Source: Raillietiella orientalis
Lineage: Eukaryota
Direction of reading: 5' to 3'
Length of the DNA: 64,000 nt
NCBI GenBank assembly: GCA_036172245.1
Contig: JAYWIR010000007.1
Location: 496,001-560,000 of the forward strand
Shown here: positions 52,796 to 63,800 of the stretch, piece by piece
How positions within the stretch are numbered: the stretch's first letter is position 1
Layout of the letters: each line of letters opens with the position of its first letter
The notes under the pieces: generated by a model
Told to the model about the DNA's origin: nothing
The model's input: the letters and a program-made list of their open reading frames with translations, nothing else
Database searches by the model: none
Program-made: the position numbers and the translations under genes

Positions 52796-53437
52796 TCACC
52801 CGAAGGCGTAGGGGCAGCTCCTCCGGTATGGCTCGCACGTCCCGTTGGCGGATATCCCGGCGCGGTGCGCCTCCTCGTAGTCGCCTTCCGGGTCCAGGAT
52901 CCCGTCCTGCACGGATTTTGGCCTGCTACAGGGAGTCAGATCCCTCCCAGTGCCGGCTTCGCTCACGTGAAGAGGGTCGCGAGGGCTCGCCCCAGGACGG
53001 TGCGCTCGAAGTAGGGCAGCCTCTTGGTCTCGCAGACGAGGCGTAGCATACAGGGCCTTCCAGCGATCCCGTGGGTCGTCAGAGCTCCCTCCAGGGACCG
53101 AAAGAGCGCCCTCTGGTCCTCGGCCAGGCTCCTGCGAGGAACGGAGAAGGGGAGGGGGAGCAGCGTGAGCTGCCGGGGCGGGAAGAGGGGAACGCCCCCC
53201 TGACTGCAGGCCTCACCTCCTTCCCCCGGGCGCTCCCGCGTCGATGAGGTTGTCCAAGAAGAGGGTCACAGCGATCCCGAAGCGGAGGAGCCCACGCGTG
53301 ACCTTTCGGCCGTCCAACTCGCTGCCGGTGTTCACCGGGCCCGTCACCGTGGTGGTCAGCGTCCACCTAGAGCGCACCTGCAGGATGGACTCGATGGGCG
53401 ACGAAGTCAGCTGGTAGGGGGAGAAGAAGGATGCCAT
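52796..53437 (-). CDS. DM4/DM12-domain protein I (subtype 2); complement(join(52796..52922,52967..53131,53217..53437)); start uncertain (possible acceptor at 53411)
   Basis: VTLFLDNLID exon; core LEGALTTHGIAGRPCMLRLVCETK; last exon DYEEAHRAG...TCEPYRRSCPY; minus-strand AATAAA at 52756-52761. Confidence 0.83.
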
Positions 53438-53713
53438 CCTTTCCAGCGCGCGCCTCGCTCCGCACTCTCGGGATGCGTTCTCTCCTGGCGGCAGCGGCCG
53501 GCCAGGACGAACGGTGCCGCCACGCGCCTCCGGCCGTCGCGGCGGGGTGGCGCTCGCGGGGGAGGGAGAGCCGGCAGCCGGAAAGAGAGGAAGCGGAAGG
53601 ATCCGGCGGAAGGAGACGTCCTCCTTGGCCTCCCGTCCCTCTCCCCCTTTTCTGTAGGCCACGCACGTCGCGGGGTCGGCGGCCCGTCCACGTCGTGCGC
53701 GTACCGCCGGGAG

Positions 53714-54543
53714 ATGGCGACCGCCGCTTTCCCGAGGAGGACGTCGCGGCGCCGCTGCCGCCTCGCTGCTGTTGCCGTGCCCCTTCTCTGCTGCGTCTGG
53801 GGGGTCCCCTGCGCCCGCGCGGCCCTGGAGGGTCTCGAGGACCTCACTCTGCGCCCCACGGTGTTCAAGCTGGACCACGTCCTCAACCTGCCCTTCATGA
53901 AGCGCGTCAACGCCGCCTGGAGGTACGAGTCGGTGATGCAATTCCGGTTCAACGTCTTCGTCAGTCTGCCCGCCCTCACCAATGGCACCAAGTTGTACGA
54001 ATACCACCTGGGCAGAAGGTAGGCCACCACCACCCTCTGCCTCTCCCACCCACCCCGCCGGTCAGCGACCAGAGGCGGCGGGTTTGGTCAGCACAAGACA
54101 ACCCCGGGCCACCCTCTCCTCCAGATCCAAGGAGGACGAGCAGCTGTCGGCCTTCCGGCGGGTCGAGTCCTACCTGGACAGCCTGGGCTTTGAGGGCCGC
54201 TCCTGCCTGCTGCGGCTCATCTGCGAGGTCCAGAAGTATCCCTTCCGCCACCACTCGATCTTCGGGGAGCTCCTGCACAGGTTCCTCACGTGAGTATTCT
54301 GCCGCCTCCTCCCTCTCCCCTACCCTTTCGCCCTTCCCTCTTTCTCCCCCCAGGCCGTTCCAGAACTCCCGGAAGTCCTTCGGGAGGTACCTCCAGGCAG
54401 AAAGGGAGGGCAGGGAAAACGGAACCGTCTGCCACCGGAGGTACGAGGACTGCCCCTTCTCCCTGCGGTCGCTGGTCAGGAACACCTTGGGGTCGGCTCC
54501 GCCGGCAGCAGGGGAAGTCTCCCCGACATCGGAAGAGCAATAA
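53714..54543 (+). CDS. Secreted DM4/DM12-domain protein J (subtype 1); join(53714..54018,54125..54289,54354..54543), 219 aa
   Basis: Signal peptide LAAVAVPLLCCVWGVPCARA; core VESYLDSLGFEGRSCLLRLICEVQKYP...IFGELLHRFLT; last exon RYLQAEREG...VCHRRYEDCPFSL; AATAAA overlaps the stop codon. Confidence 0.9.
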
Positions 54544-56779
54544 AGAAGGAGCATCGCCGGGAAGCACCTTTCCCTTGAGAAGGCGAAGGACGCGCACCTT
54601 CCTTTTCGCGGCAGGGAGCGAAGGGTGACCCTACCGACGCTCAGGGAGAGCCTCTTAGGAGTGGGCAAAAGCCGGACGCTCAGGACGCAGCGTGATAGGC
54701 GGGCAGCCTCTCTTAGAGGAGAAAGGGCACGAGGAATCCAGCAGCGCACGCTGCTTCCCCCTTCTCTGGGAGGTGAGAGGCGGCCCTTGGAGGCGTGCCA
54801 CTCTGTCGCTGAGGATGCTGCCGAGGTGGCGGAAGGTCAGCATCCCCACAGCGCCTGTCCTGTCGGAACGAAACAGGTGAAGAGGAAGCGGGGGCATGGA
54901 GGCGGGCGACCGACGAGGACCGCGAGAGGCAGAGCGCCTGCAGAAGGGTGGAGGTCTGGAAGAAACTCTGGGCCAACGAGCGCCCCCGGCTCTTCGCGCG
55001 AGCGTCTCGCGGGAGAGAAGAGAAAAATTCCATCTTCTACCGCAGCGAGGCGCACCAGCCCAGAATCCGCCGCTGAAGAGGAGGAGCAGAGGGCTTCATC
55101 CCGTCTGCGCGCCGCCGGTATCCACGGGTGCTTCGAGAGCGCTCCGGACCAACGCTGCCACGTCCAGATATCACTCTGTGTTCGGCGGACGCACACGCAG
55201 AGCCCGGGTGACTCCATGACCCCCTGGCTCCTTGATTCCTCCTTCCACCTTCCTGAATGGTCGACTTCATCCGCGGAGAGGAGTTCGGCTAGCGAGCCTC
55301 CCAGGGACCTCAGGAACTCCCGGGTCCGCCAGCCTCCTTGTAGACTGAGGGCGTGTCTTTGGGACGTGCCCCACCTTTCCCTACTCGGCCCCTGAAACTG
55401 CCCCACAAAAGGGACCGCGGGAAGCGTCAGGAGGACCGTGCGGAAACAGACGCTTGCTCGAGCGAAGTGCTCGCGACACCGGGAGGAGCGACGTCCCTTT
55501 CCACCGCGCTCTCACCCACCCTTAAGAGACTGCAGAAAGGATTCGCCTGCCATGTGCTCTCGTTTTCCTAGCGTGTCCGGCTTCCCGCTTAAGTGTTTCC
55601 AGTACGAAGTGTTCAAATAAGGCGGTTGAAGCACTCCATCCACCTTCCTCCTTTCCTCCTCCTCTCTCTTTTGGGGACCTGCTCTAGGCTCCTCAGACGC
55701 CCTTTTCTCCTTCTGAAGAAACATTTTGCGACCCTCAGGAGAGTTCTGGTTTTCACTTCGTCGCGACCATCTCCGCACGGTGTTGTCCTTGCCGTATCGG
55801 ATTGTCCTTGCATCCTTGTCCCGGCTCGCTCCTGAATCGGATTCCACTGCCTTCTTGCTGCGGCTGCTGTTCTACAAATTCCACTGCGTTGTTGTCCTGT
55901 TGCCGCTGCATCTTGTGGATCCTTCGCCACAGGCGCTCCTCGTCGACACGGTAGCAAGGAGAATCCAGGTTCCCGAACGCGGGTCCGTGATGGCGGCGCT
56001 ATCTGCCTCCTCGCCCTCATCACGGCCCACCTTGCGCTGGGAGCTTCGTCTGCAGAGACAGGAAGTCATCCGCACCTTCCTCCTCCTTCTCATCCTCATC
56101 TTCATTTTTGTTCTTATCCTATTCCTATTCGTCTCCTTTTCCTTCCTTTCTCCTCTTCCTCTCTTTCCTCCTCCTCTTCATCGTACCTTGCAGAGGCTGT
56201 AACCAGAGAACCCTGTGTCCCTTTCCTCCCTATCTTTCTGCATTTATGCATTGTCCCCTTCCTTCCGCTCTGGACTTTCGACGCGGCCGACCTGGCAGTA
56301 GGGCAAACTTTTGTTCGCTTCCTGTGGGAAATCTGTTGCCACGATAATTGCTTGTTTTGCTTTTAATGAGATAAACGCCCCGGCGCGACCGGATGTCAAA
56401 ACGCGGCAGCCATCGCAGCTCCTAAACGTCCCTCGTTCACCGACACCTCTTCAACGACGATGGAACAGAATGTTTGTCACCCCTCTCACTGACGGATGCA
56501 GGGAGATCGATCCGGGGCAGCAAAAGGTTTTCGTGTAACCCCCGCTTCGGACTGAGGGTGGTGGAACCTGAGATCTCAGAAAAAATTCAGGTTCTCTCGG
56601 CCATTTCCAGAGACCAGGCCATCGGCGCTGGTCTTATCCGAAGTGAGAAGCCCCGTGAACGTCTTTGCCAGCAACCGCGACTTGCTCCATGCTCTCGAAC
56701 GACTTTGCCTCAGCGAGTTCGCAACATCTTTTGTCATATAGCAGCAAACGACGAGATCCTGATGCTGCTGATGAAGATT

Positions 56780-56809
56780 CTGCACGATCGGAAGCTTCAG
56801 ATCGTGCAG
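56780..56809. repeat. 30-bp palindrome with one mismatched pair
   Basis: CTGCACGATC-G-GAAGCTTC-A-GATCGTGCAG. Confidence 0.8.
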
Positions 56810-58439
56810 TGAAGCAGCTCTGGACCGCTGAGACACACCTTTGCAGAGTGTTGCCCGTGCTTCTTGCACTTACTCGACGTTGAAATTTTAAAGTCCTCGG
56901 CAGTACAGTAAAAAGTAGGTAAAAGCAGTGCTTTGGCACTTTCCGTTACGGCACAGCATTCGGCACCGAAGACACGTGCATCTTACCGTTGGCAGTATGG
57001 CAGAATCCCATCTCAGTATACAAGACTAGAAAATTGTCTCATCAGGTTGTTTTCGTCTTATGGAAAGAAAACCTCGTCCAAAGGTCCACAGTGCTCCAAC
57101 ACGCAGTTTCTTTTCCGTTGCCAAGTAGGCTGCTTTACAAACCCTCCAGTCGTTTTTCCGTCTACTTACTCTGAAATTCCTGTCAGTGAGCTGGAGTATC
57201 AGCCGTTAGAACAAACTGTGAGTCAGGCCTGTCCCCAGCTGTCCCAGGCTAAAAGGCAACATCCCGGTTATATAACGCAGCTGGACGTCCCGGTTTCTCC
57301 GAGATGACTTTGGTGGCCAGCCGAAATAGCTACTCCCACGCTGGTCACGTGCTGGGACACGTTCAATCCAAAAAGCAGGAGAAGGACTCGCTCGGATGTG
57401 CTATTGAAACTCCGAAAGCGCACGACCTCAGTAGGGTGAAACGAAGTGCAAGGCTGGAACGAGAAGCTAAAAGGTCTGCGATCTCTCTGCCCCCCCCCCC
57501 CCATTTCGCAGTCTCCCGTGTACATCCACATGATGACGAGCACGCTTTTTTCTTTGTATCTCGTCCAGCACAGGAGTACACGCCAGAGTTCCAGTTCAGG
57601 CTTTCCTAACCAAATACTTGGTAAATCCTTCAACCATCGTTTAAAATGCAGGTGATCCCGTCGGAAGGTAAAGCTCGTGACAACAACGTCACGTTAGTAC
57701 ATAATTCTATGCGATACAGTTGCACACGAAGCTACATCACGAAAAACTATCATTACATACAAAGCATAAGAATGAGTGATGCTTGGCTATTAACTTGGTT
57801 TCCTTTGTCTGATGCAAAGAGACAGACACAGGCCAAGCCAGGGAGCTTCCCTGCCTGCGATTGGGGAAACACTTCGTCTTATGCAACTGCCATTGTGTCT
57901 TCCGCGTCCTGGAGGCCCTGCTTTTGCACGGCACCTTTGACATGTTTGCTCTGCGGCGGGACTTGGGATATTTCCTCCCTGATTTGGGAGCAGAGAACAG
58001 AAACTTCAAAGTCATTCTGGAACAAAAGGTCCTCCCTCCTCCTTCCTCCCCCCCCCTTCCCCCTTTGCTGTCGCTGGCAGGATTTTTTGTTCCATATCAG
58101 GATTCCGTCCGAACGAAGGCGATTGGCGATTCCTGACTTTCGGAAAATGAACTGCCAAATAAATACCAATTTAATTAATAGGATCATCAATACTAATCTG
58201 CTGTGTTAGCCAAAAATGGTAGCATCAATCTAAGTAGAGCAATACCAGTCCGTTAGTGAGATTAACCAATTCACCATGATGACTGTGAAGCAGAAAAATA
58301 TGAAAAGTGCGTGTACAGAATTTTTTCGTTCGTTTGGCGACTGAAGTTGGACAAATCGCAGGAATCGACAGAGCAGGACTCGACCGGCAGAAAGGGACAC
58401 TTCGCTTTCGCTTATCCTTGAATCCGTCCGGGAAACTCC

Positions 58440-59155
58440 TTCTACCCCACACGGACTCCTCTGCGCTGGGGAGAGCTACTGGACGTTCCTACTGGGCTAC
58501 TGAAGTGGCCCCGGTGCTCATGGACACGCACACACCCTCCCCATGAAGTGGCAGCAGTCGGCGCCTTTGGTGCTGCATTGGGGTCTCCCATGCAACGCCC
58601 GTCGACACCACTGGACGCGGGGGAAGGGGGGTTGTCAACCCCAACTGTGTTAGGTGCGAGGAGAGAGAACGCCTCCCCCACCTGTTGGTGAATTGTGTTG
58701 CCCTCCGGCCCCTATGGGAAAGCTTTGCTGCGACCCAAGGAATCCCTCGTGGCATCCCTGGGGTTGCCACGATTCGACCCCTCTTCGTTCGCGACGCCCT
58801 ACGGCCAGCGGCCTCCCTTGCAGCCCTGTGCTGCTGCCTGCGCGGGATCGTCGCTGCGACGGGAGGACCCAGCGACAGGGATGCCAGCGAATACGCCGTC
58901 CGCTTCCTGAGGATGGCGACGGCGATGGCCCCACCTGGAATCCAGTATCCAGCAACAGGCATCCTCCAGAGGATGTGACGGACCCTCCCAGCAGACCTTC
59001 CCACTCCCTCCCCAGTTTTGTTTATTTTTTTGTTTTTTTGCCCCCTCCCCTCTGCTGCCGAGGTGGACCGCACCGGTCTGCGCACCGGTGACCCGGCAGG
59101 CTGCCAATATCTAAGGCATGGCTGGACCACTGGTCCAGTCACAGAATTTATAAAG
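58440..59155 (+). mobile_element. L1/Tx1-like 3' fragment, copy 3 (best preserved)
   Basis: LHWGLPCN...NCVRCEERERLPHLLVNCVALRPLW, stop at 58978, then a T-rich 3'UTR homologous to copies 1 and 2. Boundaries approximate. Confidence 0.75.
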
Positions 59156-59766
59156 ATTGATTCGAAAGAATAGACGCCCCGGCGCACCCGGGTGTAAAGG
59201 GACACTCCTTCTCCCGCTGCTTGCTTCCCGCAGCGCTAGAGGCGTTGGCGTAGCCGAGCGCGTTGCGCGGGACGGCCGCCCACGTCGCTGGAAGCGCAGG
59301 GAGACGCGTGGTGTCCCCTCGCTTTATGCCGTGCCCCCCCCCCCCCCTCCAGTCTTACGAAGTCTGGTGTCACTCAGCGTGGTGGTGGTCCTGCGAAAGA
59401 AGGAAAAAGCCAGAGGGCCATTTTTTTTTTTTCTTTCTTTCTTTCTAGCGTTTACATTTCGATGGTTTCGAAATGGTGATGTTTCCGTGAACGCTAGCCA
59501 ATAAGCAGTACCGAAGTTGGGCAATTTCACGGTAATAAGTACCGGGTTTTGTCACAGTAAGGGTAAGACTTCCCAAAGTACATAGTAAGCACCTTCCCTA
59601 AATGAAGACTTGAGAGGAAGTCCAAGCCATGTTCAAGTTTGTTGAGAACACTTTCGACGTGCCCCCCCCCAAAAAAAAACAAAAAAACAGATAAGAGTTG
59701 CGTTGCGCGCAGTATGTATCAGCAGTGATTGTGGGAAGTCGCAATATTTGCAAGAAATAGGCAAAC

Positions 59767-60811
59767 ATGAATATATTGCCCAAAAAACGGTAATGCCGCC
59801 GAGCACTTGAAAATTCAGCTGCAATTCTGTTTTAGATGGCATGTGCGTACCAAAGCAAATATAGCACGTGTAAGGAAAGATGAAGCAAAAGCAGAACAAG
59901 AAGAAAAAGAATTGCAACGCAGAATCCAGCTTGCTGTATGTGATGTACAAGTAAATTTATGATTTCTAGCTTGTATTCAGGAACAAGAAACACGAACAGC
60001 ATTTCTCAGATCTCGTGCACGCCGTACCAGTGCACTTGCTAATGACAATAATGCAAGTATAAGTATTCAGGATAAGCAAGGACATGTTAATTTTTTTGAA
60101 TCCCTCGAGGAGGGAGAAAAACAGCATGCCGTCAATGTCGAGCATGAGCAGGAAAAAAAGGAAGAACAAGAGAAATATGAAAAAAGCATCGGCTATCTTA
60201 CATACTTGGGTCAGGGATCATTTGAAGCGCAGCATGAGCAAGCATGGTATGATAAAACACCACTGAGAAATCAGCCATCTGCAGATAAAGCGGAAGAGAA
60301 TCTCAAAAGCAAACTACGAGAAGATCCTTTAATAGATATTCAAAAACACTTGGGCATTAAAAATACTAAAACATCCAAGGTTTCCACAAGTAAAGTTCAG
60401 CCAATAGCTTCACCCTTGCCAGAATTAGAAATCCCAAGACTGACATACAAAAAACATAAAAAAAAAGGAAAACAATCTAGAAAGAAGCAATCAAAGAAGA
60501 AAAAACGATCAGATTCTAGCAGCAGTAGTAGCAGCAGCAGCAGCAGCAGCAGTTCTGATAGCGATCAGAAGCATAAGAACAGCCACCAACCTGGCAGACC
60601 AACCAAATCCATTGAACAGCTGAGAAGAGAACGACTTCAAAGGGAGCAAGAGGAACAGATGAGAGTCAGAGACTTATTGAAAAACAAGAAAGATGAAACA
60701 AATGAAGCATCACAGTCTTCTAGTGGCAGTAAACGGATGTATAACTCTCAGTTTAACCCTGAATTAGCTAGGCAAAACTATGACAAGAAAGATAAGTATT
60801 GGTTACAATAA
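59767..60811 (+). CDS. LENG1: Leukocyte receptor cluster member 1 homolog (Cir_N domain); join(59767..59789,59836..59935,59981..60811), 317 aa
   Basis: Spliced N-terminus [52 protein letters not shown], Lys/Ser-rich tract, [24 protein letters not shown]; introns of 46 and 45 nt. Confidence 0.9.
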
Positions 60812-63800
60812 ATTGTCATGAAAATGTGGGGTGTTTGGTTTTGCTAAAGTGGTTGCATAGAAGCTCATGAAAGTCAATTGGCTCACAAATTTTTTTGAAA
60901 GCCTTAAAACTGGGATCTTCGCACTATAAGTATTCTTTGAAATGATTTCTTTTTGTGTGGTAGTTGATGTTCTGGAGATTTGTTCAAATTGTTTTTCAAT
61001 TACCAGGTTTCAAGTTTTTTTGGTTTGCTAGTCAGCAATAGCAATTGTACCATCTTGAAAGTTTGCTGTTATTTGCTGAGATGTTTTTTTGTACCAAATC
61101 AGTTTGTTTAAAAATCTTGTCTACAGTTCACACACACTATGTAATTCCCTCATATTTTTACTGAATGAATATGCAATGCATAACTTGTAGCAAGTGTTGT
61201 GTTGTGATCAGTGTTACTTGGGACTGCTTCAAGATTTTCATGAGCAGAGAAACAAGTACTGAAATGTCAATACACAAACTTAGTATTCAGTCACATGATG
61301 TAAAATTATTTCCCAGAAGATCCATTCAAATTCCTTAATTCACTCTGTGTGGCTCCATTAATTTGCATCTGCAGATAACAAGTTCTGCACAAACCATCAC
61401 TCAAAGAGTAAGCAAGTGATTGTGAAAATGCACTCTATTTGCAAATGATGCATGAGGATTGCATTTCATAAAATCCACAGCCACAGAAGGCAGGGAACAG
61501 GTCTTAAACTGAAAGTTTTTTGAGGATCCAGCACACCATAGGTGATATTGTTTGTGAAAACTCCAAAACACATTTTGAAAGAAAAATTAATGATTCCCGA
61601 TTATTCGATTTGATTTGGGTTAATCATTTGAATGTAGATGACTGTTTCAAAAGCCCCAGGTGCTCTGCAATGCCGAATTCCGCAATGAGGCTTCCTTGAG
61701 AAATGTTTTCCTGGAAACAAGCAGGAAAGCCCTTCCCTTCCGGCAACGGCCAGCATGGGAAGAACATGTAAAGAAAACGTATTCCTCGCAGACTTCCGGC
61801 CGGACACTCTCACGTTCAACACTTTTTGTTAGCATCCAAACAGTGTCTTTGGAGAGAGCGTTTCCGCACCGTGAGCACCATTGGAGCCATCTTTGCCGCA
61901 AGCAGAAGTTGGCCTGCACTACACACAAAAACCCGAAGAAGTGAACGATGAAGACGATGAAGGGGCGCTGCTTATCAGTGAAAACTCATTTCAAGCTGTA
62001 AGAAACAGACGAAGGCCAGCTTTGCCTCCTATTTCTTTTTCTTGGCAGCTGGGCTGCGGTGCGAGCTGTTCCTCTCGCCTCCCGGCTTCCGTGGCAGCTA
62101 GAGCCGTTGTGCAAGCTGTACAGCTTTCTGTACAGCTTACATAAGGGTGTTTGTATAGAAAACACGAGGTTCCCCGCAAAGATGTGGGAGGTGTGAAAAC
62201 AGCAGCCTGCATAGATACCGTACTGCTGAAAAAACGTACATTTTGCAGTACAGGTGGGAGTCCCGAATTGGCACCTCTTCCAGGGAACCGGTTGAAATTT
62301 GAAGCTACACACAGATTCCTGGTGGAGAAGTCGCCACCACCTCCATCGTTACGGAGGATCATGGGCTCGCAGACTCTTCTCAGTTGGAAAGACAGTTGAA
62401 AGGCAAAATTGGCTACGTAGGACGAGCAGAAAATCGATCCACGCTGCAAACAAATAGGTCATTCGAAGAAACACAGTCAGTCCAAGATCAGCAGCGAAAC
62501 GTCTTGAGGACACGCTTCAGGTGAAAGAAGGAGCAGCCCGGCACAGTCGCAGGACCTAAACCTCGCCATAATAAATAGGGTGCGACTGCGGCCTGAAGAG
62601 CGCACGCTCGTTTCGTCGGAATCAGTTCGTTTATATTTTACTGATTCCATTCATTTTAAAGAAGGTAGCGTAAGCAAATGGAGCAGGGGGAGCATTTCCA
62701 TCCCAGGCTTCCAGCACACATCCCAAGAGAACTGAATGCTCGAGCGCACACCACTGCTCCCTGATGTGCTCCGCCTGTCGTCGTGTCTTCTCCGCTCGAT
62801 CCCGCTCCGGATCCCAAGACCACGGACGTCGAACGGAAGTTGCTCTACCGTCGAGAGTGCTCTCCTTCGATGGCGAAGTGAAGAACCGGTCCTCCACGTC
62901 TGCTTCCCTTCCTTCGCCGCATCTCTTCTAGCGCCACGGTTCCATGCCCTCCTTGCGACGTGCGGGAGGATCCAGAAAAGCTTCGGTACCTTATGCTAAG
63001 TCGCTGTGCCAACAAGTCGGGAAGGAAAGGCGTGCCAACAAGTCAGCATGCAGGCACCTATGTCAGCTTCCTGGTGTCGCAAGACCTGGCCTTTCCGAAA
63101 GGGTGCAAAGTACAGTGTGATCCCATGGGGCTCAATCCGTGAGAAGGACAAAAAAGGCAGCTCATATGCGTCCTCCGCGCGAAAACAAAAAAAAAAAATG
63201 AAAATGAAAATGGAGCACCGGCACCAGAGGAATAGTCGCTCTAAGACATCAGATTTCCAGCATGTGCAGAAATAATGATGCCGTGGAGGCTTTTGTTTTT
63301 GTCTTGCTTTTTGCTTGGCTTTTTTCAAAGTGGTTTCGCGTGTCCATGCTCTGGCCCACGATCTTCCCGAGTGAGCTCGAGTACAGCATCAAAGCAGGCT
63401 CCTCTGATCGACGGCAGGAGATGGTCAAGCTCGGCTTGACCTTGCAAACGTGGGCGATCAGTAATTCAAAGTTTAAACGATGGCGTTCAAGCAACGGAAG
63501 GAGCAAGAAAGTCTTTGCTTTACAACTCCCCTACTTACCTCACTAAGTAGGGGAGCTGACCACATTCCCAGTGCCACTTGGGCCAGCAAATCTTCGGGCT
63601 TACTGGAAGTGTTTATGCAACTGCGTGGATGAAGGTTTGGCAATTGGCGCACTGCAGGAGTGGGACAGAAAGGGTGTCTTGGTACTTTCTTTCCAGGCTC
63701 AGCACCAACGTGTTCACCACGGAAATCTACCGCGCCGTGCTGCTCACCTGAGACTGCGAGACGAACAAATGAACCGGTATCCCGGATGGACAGAGTCACA

